Positions 9,136-20,000 of a stretch of DNA of 64,000 nt are shown piece after piece. Within the stretch, counting starts at the first letter, position 1, and each line of letters opens with the position of its first letter. The notes beneath the pieces were generated by a model, which saw only the letters and a program-made list of their open reading frames with translations, ran no database searches and had not been told where the DNA came from. Position numbers and translations under genes: made by a program. Source of the stretch: an uncultured Pseudomonadales bacterium (GTDB taxonomy: Bacteria; Patescibacteriota; Microgenomatia; UBA1400; PJMF01); contig CAZSJW010000001.1 of assembly GCA_964607285.1 (NCBI GenBank), positions 2,514-66,513 of the forward strand. Reading direction: 5' to 3'.

Positions 9136-9957
9136 TCATCCCCCTGCCCCACTGTATTGTCTCAGAGCAAGTTTCCAAATAATCAAACTAAGACCTAGAA
9201 GTCCAATTCCCGCTAGTACGGTGCCAGCTATTGTGTATACATGGATTGAACCAAGTAGCACAGTTGTTGGAATAGTCACCATAAGTCCCACAGGCATAAC
9301 AAAGTACAGTATAGACCTGAGTGGCTCTTGATACACTGTGACTGGAAACTGTCCAAGCCTGATCAAGTCTCTGTATAACCAAATAACACCATCCACATCA
9401 ACAATAATGATGCCTGCTGCCATAACAAGAATATGCATTCCCAGCGCGATTAGATAGCCATTTGCCAAAAGTAACAGATACCACAAGATGCCGGAGAGTG
9501 ACAGGACAATGTCTAGCTTACTTACGATCCAGAGCGAAACTCCAACAACTGGTAGTAAGAAAAGTGCATCGTTAATATCAGGATGACCCATGAGTGCTCG
9601 AAACAAAGGGCTGATGGGTTTGCTCAGGTAGCTATCAAACCGTCCATCTCGGATTAGCGGGGAAAACATGTAGACACCACGAAATAACACCGCTGTGCTC
9701 ACATCTAAAAATTGATACGTGAGGAAGAATACTACAACTTGATCTGGGCTGTATCCTGCCATGCCTGCTTCTGATTTCCTCAGTACAAATAAAAACACTA
9801 GCATCATACAGAAGCGAACCGTTTTGCCAAAGAAAAATAAAGCGTTCGTCCAAGGAGATATAAATGTTTGTTGGAGTGCGTTGGAAGCAGTTGTGAACCA
9901 AATAAGCCAGTAGGTTTTTAGTCTCCGTAAAGTCATGTTATTGTCCTGCAGCCGCAT
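9136..9957 (-). CDS. ABC-2 family transporter permease (PF06182-like), paralog 6
   Basis: About 6 TM helices and the C-terminal ...RQYSGAGG motif shared by all six paralogs. Confidence 0.72.
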   Translation of the reverse strand: MRLQDNNMTLRRLKTYWLIWFTTASNALQQTFISPWTNALFFFGKTVRFCMMLVFLFVLRKSEAGMAGYSPDQVVVFFLTYQFLDVSTAVLFRGVYMFSPLIRDGRFDSYLSKPISPLFRALMGHPDINDALFLLPVVGVSLWIVSKLDIVLSLSGILWYLLLLANGYLIALGMHILVMAAGIIIVDVDGVIWLYRDLIRLGQFPVTVYQEPLRSILYFVMPVGLMVTIPTTVLLGSIHVYTIAGTVLAGIGLLGLSLIIWKLALRQYSGAGG

Positions 9958-10729
9958 ACTGCTTCATACCACGTCGCCATACGGTACGGATGACTATGGT
10001 GCCTATACAGAGCCAAGCTACAAAAATCACTGTATGTTGGAGCAGTGTGCTTGTGTCTAATTTTCCTAAGAAAAGCTGAGTTTGCACGAATGACAGGTAG
10101 GGCAAAGGAGTGAGAAACAGAATTGTTTGAATAGCTTCAGGTAAAATATCTAGAGGAAATAACTTCCCTGCGGTAAAATCAAGCATAATAAAGAATAGGA
10201 ATCGTGGTGCCCACGTTTCTGGACTCCAAAAGCCAATTGAGCCGAGAAGGGAAAGGATAATACCGTTTAAGTACACCGCACCTAGTGTCCAGAAACCAAA
10301 CAAGAGCAGTGTACTGCCCGAAGGTAGATGCAACGATGGAGTGAACATTGACCATAATAGTACAGACTCAGCAACTAAAAATAAGAAATTTTTAAGTTTG
10401 TCTGCAACCTCTTGGATAAAAAAATACCCAAATATACTCATAGGGCGAATTAGAATAATACTTAACCCTCCAGAATAGATAAACTCTGACATACCATGCA
10501 AACTGCTACTGAGTACAACACTTTGCAGGAGAGAGATAAGAAAAATGTATGTTATGGCACTCTCTTGTGTGTATCCTGCCACAGTAGTATCATTTCCAAG
10601 CAACAATGACCACACCGTGAGTGCCATGAATGTAGCCATGAAATTGCGAAATCGCCATAAGAGAACACTGGTGCGATACACAAAACCATTTTGCCAAGTA
10701 GTTGAGAAAAGTTGCAGGTACTTTTTCAT
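9938..10729 (-). CDS. ABC-2 family transporter permease, paralog 5
   Basis: Polytopic; C-terminal ...MKQYAAAGQ. Confidence 0.72.
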   Translation of the reverse strand: MKKYLQLFSTTWQNGFVYRTSVLLWRFRNFMATFMALTVWSLLLGNDTTVAGYTQESAITYIFLISLLQSVVLSSSLHGMSEFIYSGGLSIILIRPMSIFGYFFIQEVADKLKNFLFLVAESVLLWSMFTPSLHLPSGSTLLLFGFWTLGAVYLNGIILSLLGSIGFWSPETWAPRFLFFIMLDFTAGKLFPLDILPEAIQTILFLTPLPYLSFVQTQLFLGKLDTSTLLQHTVIFVAWLCIGTIVIRTVWRRGMKQYAAAGQ

Positions 10730-10736
10730 TGGCTAC

Positions 10737-11759
10737 TTAGTTTGATTTTGGTTTTTTCGTGCTTTGTTTTTCAAACACCTCACGAATGATTGCTTCAATT
10801 GGTGGTTCCTCAATGTTCACGTCTTGCACTGGTAATTTATTGAGAATTTGCGCAGCAACTTTGGTGGCAGTTGCTCGGGGAACTAGAATGGTTGCCGTAT
10901 ATGCAGATCCATCTTCACTATGTTCTTTGACTTCACCAAACTGTTTGAGAGCAGAGCGAGTTACGGGTTCTGAAAAAGTAAACGACAAAATCTTATTCCG
11001 TGCAAAAGTATCGATGATTTTTTGCAGCTCACCATCAAATATTTTCTGACCACGGTCAATAATGATAGCGCGTTTGCACAGTTCTTTGACGTCTCCCATG
11101 TAGTGGCTGGTCAGGATAATTGTTGATCCAAACTCTTTGTTATACTGTTTTATAAAGTCTCGTAAGGTTTTTTGCATTACCACATCAAGTCCAATGGTTG
11201 GTTCATCCAAAAATAATACTTGTGGGTTATGGAGTAGTGCAGCTATAAGTTCACATTTCATACGTTGGCCTAAAGACAGTTTCCTCACTTGCACATCTAG
11301 AATTTCTGAAACATCTAGAAGGTCAACTAACGTACTCAGTGTTTTTTTGAACTGAGCCTCTGGTATCTCATAAATTGCTTTGTTGAGCAAAAATGTCTCC
11401 ATGGCGGGCAAGTCCCACCATAGTTGATTTTTTTGACCCATCACTAGTGCAAATTGTTTTTGAAATTCTGGTTTGCGATCCCAGGGGTTGTAGCCGAGTA
11501 CATTGACTGAACCTTCAGTCGGATACAGCAAGCCCGAAAGCATTTTGAGTGTTGTAGTTTTTCCCGCACCATTTTGGCCAATGAAACCAACAACTTCACC
11601 AGGTTGAATAGTGAAACTAACATCATCTACCGCTTTGACTTCGTGATACTCTCTATGCCAGAGCGACTTGAATGAACCAAGCAAGCCTGCTTCTTTATGA
11701 TAAACCTTGAAATATTTTTTGAGGTTTTGGATGGAGATGATGGGCGGTGTGTCTGACAT
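10737..11759 (-). CDS. ABC transporter ATP-binding protein
   Basis: Walker A GQNGAGKTTTLKML, signature LSLGQRMK, Walker B LFLDEPTIGLD, H-loop. It is the single ATPase among the six permeases. Confidence 0.92.
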   Translation of the reverse strand: MSDTPPIISIQNLKKYFKVYHKEAGLLGSFKSLWHREYHEVKAVDDVSFTIQPGEVVGFIGQNGAGKTTTLKMLSGLLYPTEGSVNVLGYNPWDRKPEFQKQFALVMGQKNQLWWDLPAMETFLLNKAIYEIPEAQFKKTLSTLVDLLDVSEILDVQVRKLSLGQRMKCELIAALLHNPQVLFLDEPTIGLDVVMQKTLRDFIKQYNKEFGSTIILTSHYMGDVKELCKRAIIIDRGQKIFDGELQKIIDTFARNKILSFTFSEPVTRSALKQFGEVKEHSEDGSAYTATILVPRATATKVAAQILNKLPVQDVNIEEPPIEAIIREVFEKQSTKKPKSN

Positions 11760-11800
11760 ATGAGCTTCCTTGGATATATTGTACAGGATGTGCTAGTGTA

Positions 11801-12592
11801 TTAGGAGCTTACAGATGTATACGCTCTCAGCGCATACTTCCAGGCATATCGATGTAAGACATAAAAAATACAAAGTAAGACACACTCATAGAATACTAGC
11901 TGCCATGGTCTGTGTCCTAGCAGGAACAAGGTGGGGACATAGCCTAAGAATGCTACTGGGACGATAGCAATCAGCACGAACTGGAGTGATCCAGGAAAAA
12001 TGGAAATGGGATACTGTCCTGAGTCACTTGTTTTATCAAACAGTTCTAAAATCTGCTCAGCTCGAGTCATAACAAAGCCGAGTGTGGCGTACGTTGTCAA
12101 TGCAAAGTAGTGTACGAGCAAGCCTAACGAGACGACACAAAGTGCCAGCAGACTATTGGTGAGGCTGAGTTGCTCATGGACTTGTGATGCTTGATGTAGA
12201 AACAGTGCAATACAGAGGCCAAGCAGAGGAAGTTGGGTAAGGTCAGGTTTGCCCCAGGCTATGAAAAAAATAGGAGAAATTGGTTTGGTAAGATACTGGT
12301 CAACAACACCATGTCTGATTCCATCCCACAAGAATGATCGTAGGGCAACTATGTAGAGAATAAAGGCTATTGTGTACATGATGAAACACACACTGAGCAG
12401 CAGGGTGGACTCAGTCCGATTCCAGCTACCAAGTTCAGGTGCACGTTGGTACGCAAGTTGTTGCACCATGAATAACACGCCCATGTAGGCGGGCCCGTGT
12501 AGGAAGTGCACAAATGTATTCAGACGAAACGCAAGCAACACTTGCAGTCTTGTGAGAAATAACAGGTAATAAATATTGAGGTATCTCATCAT
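11801..12592 (-). CDS. ABC-2 family transporter permease, paralog 4
   Basis: Polytopic; C-terminal ...RAYTSVSS. Confidence 0.72.
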   Translation of the reverse strand: MMRYLNIYYLLFLTRLQVLLAFRLNTFVHFLHGPAYMGVLFMVQQLAYQRAPELGSWNRTESTLLLSVCFIMYTIAFILYIVALRSFLWDGIRHGVVDQYLTKPISPIFFIAWGKPDLTQLPLLGLCIALFLHQASQVHEQLSLTNSLLALCVVSLGLLVHYFALTTYATLGFVMTRAEQILELFDKTSDSGQYPISIFPGSLQFVLIAIVPVAFLGYVPTLFLLGHRPWQLVFYECVLLCIFYVLHRYAWKYALRAYTSVSS

Positions 12593-12594
12593 AT

Positions 12595-13377
12595 CTAGAT
12601 TCCAGTTCCCTCATATTCCTGTATGCCCATACGCCAAAGCCATTGATTTCCAATATGCAGTACCACACCCCAGAGTGCTAGGGTACACAGACCGATAAGA
12701 CTTTCCTGTACAGTCAGTGCTCCTTGCAGGAGCCGTATTGGTGTTGAGGCTAAATGGGGGAAGGGTGTGAGAATAAGTATAGATTGTGCCCATTCAGGGA
12801 AGTAGTCAAAGGGTAGTAATAGCCCAGATAAAAAACGAAACAACACCGTCAAACCCCAGCGGACTGCAAAAATTTCAGTAAACCAAAATGCGCACACACT
12901 GATACTGCTGAGCAGTAAAAATGATACATAAAAAATAAGTGGAATATAGAGACTAAATAGTGCAAGTTGCAGTGACTCGGCATGAAATGAAAAACCAAAC
13001 ATATAAGCAAGGGGAACAAATGAAACAGCCTTCAACAGTGTGGCCAGCCCTGACTCGGCACCGATTTTGACCACATAAAACCAGTGTGGTGAAATTGGTT
13101 TAACTAAAAAACGAGATAAACCACCCTGCTTGATGTCTACTTCAATTTCATACGGGTGAAAGTTGCTGAGTGTGTAGAGAATTGCTGCACCAACAAAGTA
13201 GGTGATTGTTTCTGCTCTTGTGTAGCTGGCTGCAGGATTTGACTGCTCTACCGCCAACCATACCAGTGCAGTGAAGACAATCATGAGACTGTACTTTATC
13301 GTACTTAGCAGAAAATTAACCCGATACTCTAATGTATCTTGGATGGCAATTTTGGTAATCAAACCGTACACAGACAT
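12595..13377 (-). CDS. ABC-2 family transporter permease, paralog 3
   Basis: Polytopic; C-terminal ...IQEYEGTGI. Confidence 0.72.
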   Translation of the reverse strand: MSVYGLITKIAIQDTLEYRVNFLLSTIKYSLMIVFTALVWLAVEQSNPAASYTRAETITYFVGAAILYTLSNFHPYEIEVDIKQGGLSRFLVKPISPHWFYVVKIGAESGLATLLKAVSFVPLAYMFGFSFHAESLQLALFSLYIPLIFYVSFLLLSSISVCAFWFTEIFAVRWGLTVLFRFLSGLLLPFDYFPEWAQSILILTPFPHLASTPIRLLQGALTVQESLIGLCTLALWGVVLHIGNQWLWRMGIQEYEGTGI

Positions 13378-13392
13378 ACCAGGTATTGTAAA

Positions 13393-14193
13393 CTAACTCC
13401 CAGCACCCGCGTAGCGCAAGACGGAGTAGTGAAAAAATGTTCGTGCAGCAACAGTACTTACAATAGCAAAGGCCATAAAGTAGAGTAGCCAGTTGAGTTC
13501 CCATCTCCCAAGCAAGACTTCTGCGGGTATAGAACTCAGTAATCCAAATGGGAGTATTACAGTGAAGAGAAGTGCGCCCATTCCTTGATAGATACCACGA
13601 GGAACTTGAAACACTCTGCGTAGTCCTGGAATAATGTCGTTTATATTGTTGAGTCGCTCTACATAAAATGCCATTGTGGAAATTGCAAACCAAGTGTTGT
13701 AAATAATCAGCAGGCTGCATCCTAGTAGTGCAGTGTATGCTGCAATCGTTAGAAGACTTATAGGTACTCCAACTTTTTGTACACTCCACCACAAAATGCC
13801 CGCACCAATAATGAGTCGTGAGATCTGGGAATAGTTATTATCATGAATAGCCAGTAATAGTTGTGGATCCACAGGACGCAGTAAGAAGAGGTCAAAACTG
13901 CCATCAAATATGGATTGCGTGTACACACGCATTATTCTGTTAAAGAACGACCAGGTGAAGGAGTCTAGAATTGTGAATGTTGCTAACAGCACATATAACT
14001 CTGCGGTGTTCCACCCTGCAATAGTACCGTTGACTCGTAGCAGCAAGGCAAAAAAGAAAAAGTTGAACAGTGTCCATAGTATTGAAATAAAGGACCAAAA
14101 ATAAAAATTTGCTCTGTACTCAAACAGCAGCATCAGCCTGAGAGCGCGGAACTTCCAGAACAAATACCAGTAATAACTTACTCGGTTTTGCAT
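13393..14193 (-). CDS. ABC-2 family transporter permease, paralog 2
   Basis: Polytopic; C-terminal ...LRYAGAGS. Confidence 0.72.
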   Translation of the reverse strand: MQNRVSYYWYLFWKFRALRLMLLFEYRANFYFWSFISILWTLFNFFFFALLLRVNGTIAGWNTAELYVLLATFTILDSFTWSFFNRIMRVYTQSIFDGSFDLFLLRPVDPQLLLAIHDNNYSQISRLIIGAGILWWSVQKVGVPISLLTIAAYTALLGCSLLIIYNTWFAISTMAFYVERLNNINDIIPGLRRVFQVPRGIYQGMGALLFTVILPFGLLSSIPAEVLLGRWELNWLLYFMAFAIVSTVAARTFFHYSVLRYAGAGS

Positions 14194-14196
14194 GGG

Positions 14197-15036
14197 TTAT
14201 CCTCCAGATGAAGCGTACTTGCGTACCCCGCTGCGCCAAAGTGCATCCACAGCAACCCCGAGTACCACCATTGTTGCTGCCAACATGAAAAGATCGCTAG
14301 ATTCAAGCACATATCTTCCTTGCAAGACACCTATGGGCACTGCATATAAAAACTTAAACGGGAGGAGGTTCGTGATTGTTCGCAGCCAATCAGGGAGAAA
14401 CTCCAAAGGCATGAGGGTGCCGCTGAGTATGGTGATACCTAGGAGTTTGAAGTGTTCCAGGCCTTGCGCCCCTTCAAACCAAAACGTTAGAAACGTGATC
14501 AGAATGCCAATGGCAAGTTGCATGAGGTATGCCACAAAAACAAGTGCTAGGAAACGGGCGAGAGTAATTAGTGAGATGGGTGGCAATGTAGTTCCTACTA
14601 CTTCTGCTGACCAATATATGAAAATAGAAAAAACTGGCAGAAACATACTGGCGTATAAAAGCTTACCGACTGTCTCACCCAAAACAATATCAGTCAGGTA
14701 GTAGTATGGCTTGGTGAAAAATCGATCAATTTGTCCCAAGCGAATTTCATCAGACCGCCAACCTTCAAAATGCACCTCAGTGAGGTTTGAGAGCAAGGCA
14801 CTGACTAGATAGTACGTGGTGATATCCGCTAACGTGTATCCATTAATGCTATTTTGGTCAGCATACAATTCCTGCCAGATGAGAAACAGGATAGCAAATG
14901 GCAAAAAACTCATGACAATCCAAATGGCCATTTCAGTGCGAAAAACCAAGACACGAGATATTTTGAAACGGACAATATGCAGATATCGCCAGATAGAGGC
15001 TAGAAAGCTGTGCTGAAGCGTACCAATGGCATGCAT
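14197..15036 (-). CDS. ABC-2 family transporter permease, paralog 1
   Basis: Polytopic; C-terminal ...RKYASSGG. Start lies 4 nt after the HU stop. Confidence 0.72.
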   Translation of the reverse strand: MHAIGTLQHSFLASIWRYLHIVRFKISRVLVFRTEMAIWIVMSFLPFAILFLIWQELYADQNSINGYTLADITTYYLVSALLSNLTEVHFEGWRSDEIRLGQIDRFFTKPYYYLTDIVLGETVGKLLYASMFLPVFSIFIYWSAEVVGTTLPPISLITLARFLALVFVAYLMQLAIGILITFLTFWFEGAQGLEHFKLLGITILSGTLMPLEFLPDWLRTITNLLPFKFLYAVPIGVLQGRYVLESSDLFMLAATMVVLGVAVDALWRSGVRKYASSGG

Positions 15037-15040
15037 GGAG

Positions 15041-15316
15041 TTACCATACAGCTTTGCGAAGAGGTTTACCAGCTTTGAAGTTGACTACACGATGAGCTTT
15101 GATAACTTGGCGTTTCTTTTCATCACCAAATGGGACAACTTCTTTGTCATCGACTTCACCAACATACAGAGTGCCAAAGCCTGAGAGCACTACTTTCTCT
15201 CCTTTTTTGAGGGTTCTAGTCATTTCTTCGATTAAGGCATCTATTGCCTCTTCTGCAGCTCGCTTAGTGAGATGAGCTTTTTTTGCGACGATAGCGACCA
15301 ATTGTGATCTTGTCAT
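15041..15316 (-). CDS. hup: HU family DNA-binding protein
   Basis: 91 aa with the GFGTF/RxGRNPxTGE-type arm (VLSGFGTLYVGEV...) typical of HU/IHF. Confidence 0.88.
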   Translation of the reverse strand: MTRSQLVAIVAKKAHLTKRAAEEAIDALIEEMTRTLKKGEKVVLSGFGTLYVGEVDDKEVVPFGDEKKRQVIKAHRVVNFKAGKPLRKAVW

Positions 15317-15416
15317 AGGTGTCCTTTCAGATGCAGTACTAGTTTGAACTATTTGTTAGGTAGAGTACACAGTCTAATATATTAGCCTGCTAAGTCAAGT
15401 AGAAGATGTAGTGCTA

Positions 15417-15800
15417 CTAGAGATACTTGTATCGCCACAATAAAGCGAGGCTGGCACCGAGTGTGTCGTAGCATATGTCACGGGCTGTGGCTGTCCTGCC
15501 AGGTACAAGTGATTGATGGTACTCATCTGAGACAGCGTATACCATGGTCAGTAAAAATGGAATGAGCCATGCAGCGTGTGTTGTAGCATTTGGGTTTGTG
15601 AGGCGATGTGCTCTATGCAGCAAAAGGTATAAGACAGCATACACACCTACATGAGCCATTTTCTTAAAGAAAAACTCATAATTGGATGCTTGAAATGACG
15701 GTAAGGCTTGCTGGGAGGAGAGGAAAAAAATCAATCCTGCCCAACAAACAGGAGGTGCGTAGGCGATAGCCCATTGAAATGTTTGTTGTGCTAGTTTCAT
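15417..15800 (-). CDS. VanZ-like family membrane protein
   Basis: 127 aa with 4 TM segments and a DEYHQSLVPGR motif typical of the VanZ family. Confidence 0.7.
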   Translation of the reverse strand: MKLAQQTFQWAIAYAPPVCWAGLIFFLSSQQALPSFQASNYEFFFKKMAHVGVYAVLYLLLHRAHRLTNPNATTHAAWLIPFLLTMVYAVSDEYHQSLVPGRTATARDICYDTLGASLALLWRYKYL

Positions 15801-16969
15801 GTCGGGTACTTTGGAGGCTGTGTATATAGTACAGTTGCACCACCCATCAGCAAAAATCCACTACCCAGTATAGCACCCAGAACTGCACCTTGTGGGATAT
15901 TCCTTTGTCTATATTCTAGAGTTCGCATAGGTTCTGTATGTGCAGAGGTGGTACTTTCTGTGTACTGTTTGAAAAGTATGGGTAGTGCAAGTGGAGGCTT
16001 TTTTTTCTTTGCAGGGGAAAGTAAGGTTCCAGGTGTTGCGGTTGGTGAAGCTTCTATCGTATGAGTGGAAAGTGAGGGGCTGGGGGAGGGAACTGTTGGG
16101 CTTGCAGCTAGAATTGTAGTTTCTGTCTGCCATTCACCTTCGATCAGTAGCAATGGTTCTCCAATGGTGCATGACGTGTACTTCGCTGAGGCAAGCACGA
16201 CGCCTGAACTAGACAGCACGAATACAGTGTCTCCAGTATTATTGAGCATATCTGCAGTCCACTTGATTGAGCTTTCGGCAAGTGGTGGAAGTGACCCTGT
16301 AGTTTGTCTTTGGTTTTGTTGTTCATCTGTGATACGTATTGTGCTGAGATCAAGTATGGTTGTTCCTGTGTTGGTGATGGTGACGTACTCATCTGTATCT
16401 GTTGCAGGGCAAGGGAAAAGCTCGGATATAGAGATTTTTGCTGGTGACGCCGTAGGTGACGGTGTGGGTAGTAGTATAGGACTTGCACTGGGACTTGATG
16501 TCGGTTGCGGTGTTGGTTCACTCAGCATACTTAGGTATGTGCCAGGACTTGGTTCGCTGATTTGCCAAGTGTTTACTGTTCTGGCCCAACTTTTGGCTTG
16601 TTCACTTGCTGAGTAGCTAAATGAATCTGTGATGTCTATTGCAGGTGTGCGCAAGGTGACCCCATCTGCTGCGTTATTCAATTTTGGGTTTTCAAAGGTG
16701 AATACTTTTGTTTCTCCAGGGTTGAGTGTTATATGCAAGGTGAGTAGCAAACTGGGCGAGCTCAGTTCATCCCAGAGTTCCCAATTGGTTAGGTCTATTG
16801 CTTCTGCATCGGGGTTATGGAGCTCGATCCATTCAGGCTCACCACTTGCTGGGTTTGGATGTAGTTCAGTAATGAGGACAGAGGAAAAAACGGGTTTCGC
16901 TCCTGCTACCAAAGCCCAAGTGTAGAACAGGCAAGTCAACATGAAAAACCGAGATACAAACATCTTCAT
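15797..16969 (-). CDS. Surface protein with two lamin-tail domains, P/T/S-rich linkers and a C-terminal TM anchor
   Basis: N-terminal signal peptide. ITELHPNPASGEPEWIELHNPDAEAIDLTNWEL is the LTD signature, followed by a second LTD (ISELFPCPATDTDEYVTITN...). Linkers PTPQPTSSPSASP and PTVPSPSPS; terminal hydrophobic helix. 4-nt overlap with the downstream vanZ-like gene. Confidence 0.68.
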   Translation of the reverse strand: MKMFVSRFFMLTCLFYTWALVAGAKPVFSSVLITELHPNPASGEPEWIELHNPDAEAIDLTNWELWDELSSPSLLLTLHITLNPGETKVFTFENPKLNNAADGVTLRTPAIDITDSFSYSASEQAKSWARTVNTWQISEPSPGTYLSMLSEPTPQPTSSPSASPILLPTPSPTASPAKISISELFPCPATDTDEYVTITNTGTTILDLSTIRITDEQQNQRQTTGSLPPLAESSIKWTADMLNNTGDTVFVLSSSGVVLASAKYTSCTIGEPLLLIEGEWQTETTILAASPTVPSPSPSLSTHTIEASPTATPGTLLSPAKKKKPPLALPILFKQYTESTTSAHTEPMRTLEYRQRNIPQGAVLGAILGSGFLLMGGATVLYTQPPKYPT

Positions 16970-17021
16970 GTTGTATCACTTGAAACCTACATAACCCGTA
17001 GCTTTTTATGAGCAGAGTGAA

Positions 17022-20000
17022 CTAGGTTGCAGGTGAATTACTCTTAGGTGTTTTTTGTCTTTGTAGTAGCCCTGTGGCAACTAAAAAACTGCAGACTAAC
17101 AGTATCCAGATACCAATAAAGAGTAGTATTTGTGCATCGTGAATAACTATAATTGTAGTTACCCCCTCAGGTATGAACCATCCCTGTGCCCAATTATTGA
17201 CTGTAACTTCTGCTTTGATCTGCTGATGCTTGAGTACGCTTTGGAGAGCACTCCATACAGAAGTACCATCCCAGACATAGGCTCGCCAGCCAGGGTTCCT
17301 TGACTCATTGAGTGACATCACTCCATTTTCACCGTTCAGTTCAACCCAGTATGTACCAGTTCCCCAGCGTTTTATGGTGTTTACTGCCAGATTAGTGCTA
17401 TATAGCTGAGTATTTTTTGGGATAAGGGCAACTTGTGATAACCATTCAAACGAGGCAGGCATGGGTTGTATGGAGATCGCGTTCAACTCGTTTTGTGCTA
17501 GTTCTGTTCCGTACGATCTATTTTCAAAGTGCAGACTGTATTGAGAGATAGCCTGGTTTTTCCAATCAGGCACAGTTACCCACATATCAAACTCTTTGGA
17601 AGTCATAACGTGCTCAAAATCAACGCGGTTAGTGGCTAAGTTCTCCAAGTAGGCACGAATGTTTCGACCTGCATGATTTTTACCTGTAATGCGCAGCAGT
17701 GCAGGCGTTTGATTATTTGCGTGTGGAATGATGAAGCTATCACAGCCCGTTGCGCCACCACTGTTTTCATACAGCACAGAGTTGGCAGTCATAGTTTTAT
17801 TGCGAGAACCCCTATCAAACTCTGTACATGATGCAAACTTTGTTATGTGCAGTGAATCTAGTAAGTTACTGCTAGCAATGGTTGTAAGCACTAAAGTGGG
17901 TTGGTCTTGATCAAGGCGAACACTGGTGGTGGGGAGTTGTAGTTCATTCCAGATTGCAGAAGGTATAGTGGCAGTGTGTAAGTCACTGGACTCAATCAGG
18001 ATATGGGTAGCAGAGGGAGTTGCGATAGCTGTATCGAAGTAGTTGATGGTGATTTCCTCACCGTAGCGCAGCCCAGTTAGCGACACCGCTTGCTCTGAGT
18101 TTGCTTTAAGTTCTATCACTTGCCCGTTTAATTCAATAGTAAGTGCCTCAGGTGAAACAGCAAGTGGAACAGCTACGGATGGGAGTGTCGGGAACTCGAT
18201 ACTGGTATCTCCAGCTAAGACGCGCAGTGGTGTACTGAATGCTATCTTGAGCTCGGCATCTGAGTAAGCCAGTTTTGCAGTTTGGCTAAGATATTGGCCT
18301 TGAGTCAGCGGTGGGAAAGTGAGTTCGTACTGGCCTGAAAGCGTTTCGTGTGCCACAAACGAAGGCCCATTGGATGTGTTTGTGATAGGAATACTCTCTT
18401 GCTGCAAGTTAGCAAAAGGGTAGATGGTGTGTGGGATAGTCTCATCTGCCGTAATGGTATCAGTAGTGAGGAGAGTGCTGGGATCAAATCTAGAGTACAG
18501 AGAGTTTGCAGTGGTGTACGTAGCAGATTGCACCGCACTGACGGGTGCCACGGCAACAGATTTGTTTTGGTACAGGGAAATGCTTCCCAGCGTTCCCACT
18601 TTTTCAACACCAGGTAGCATAGCCAACATGGCTTGCAGTTCTGCCACAAAGAACACCTCTTTATTCGTGTTTGGCAAATATACTGAATCGTCCAGTAGTA
18701 CATGTGCAATGTTGTATTTCTGTAGCAATCTATCTAACTGATCTACATCCTGGTTGTACACCGCTCGCTGCATTTCCAATCGGTAGGTTTCATTAAAGGG
18801 ACTCCAGACGTCAAACGAACGCCCGAGAATAGGCTGATGCATGCCGTACCAGAGAAACCCAGAGCCTGTGTACCCTCTGTGTTCCATCCAACTGTGCATA
18901 TCCCAGCCTGTATAGGTGTAGATGGGAAACACAGCAACTCTCCCATATCTGGGCCGCTTGGCAAAGTACTCCATGACCTCTGTATACTCCTCAGGCAACT
19001 TGACTCGTGCTCCTTGATACAGGAAGTGGCCCTGCATACTTGGCCAGGATAACCAAAGTACGCAGAGTACGCACACTATGCCCGTTGTGTTGCGAGCTCG
19101 CGCTATTGTCTGTTGGGTAAGTCGCCTGGAGAAAAGTTCAAACAGCCCCGATATGCCTACCGCTGCCCAGAGTGATAGAAAAAGACTAGCAGACATAGAA
19201 AGCTTAGAGTAGGGAATTCTAAAGGCTTGATTAAGAATGGGTACAAAGCGAATGGCATCTGAAACATAGGTGAGAGGCCAAGTATCTGTGAGAAGTAGCA
19301 CGAAGGTACAAACAGCCGCGATTGCCAGCCCTGTGGCGGTGGCACTTCTCTTGCTGAGTCGAACTGCTCCCCACCCAACTCCCCATAGGCTGAGCAGGGC
19401 TATACTGTACCCAATCATGCGCACTACGGGTGACTCGAGGTGCTGCTTCCATGGAGTTAAAATTAATTCAAGAGGGCTGCCACTGTCAAATCTAGCTTGG
19501 TCATATGAGTCAAATAAGAACCCTTCAAGCAGAGACACCTCGGCTAAGTTGCCAGTAGCTCTTGTGGTGTAAATAAACTCTGTGGTGGTAATTTGATTAA
19601 GCTTTGCAAACAAGTAGTGATCACCTTGGGTGGCGGTGAAATAGGCAACGGGAGCCAGCCAGTAGGCGTTAGTGGCAAGTACTATCAATACCGCTAAAAG
19701 GCTGGTACGTACGGTCTCCCATCGTTTGGGGTGTATGAAGAACGCTGTACTGGCAGCACAACCTAAAAATAGCCCGTACGTGATAAAGAGTGGCGGAATA
19801 AAGCCAATAATGGAAAGGTAAAGATTGAGTAGGAAGAACACCACGAGTTTCCTGGTGGTTCGGTTTTCCAGTAATCCTACGAAACTCCAGAGTACCCATG
19901 GGAGCACTCCGTACATGACCGCAAAGGGCTCGAGTGCCACGTAAAATGTTTGAACAGTGCCTGGATGAAGTAAGTACAGCAGCGCGCCGATTGTCGCGGC

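Noticed and set aside
16065-16616. 183-aa plus-strand ORF inside the LTD protein gene
   Set aside because: Antisense to a domain-supported CDS. The G/S/V-rich translation is typical of the reverse frame of a P/T/S-rich linker.
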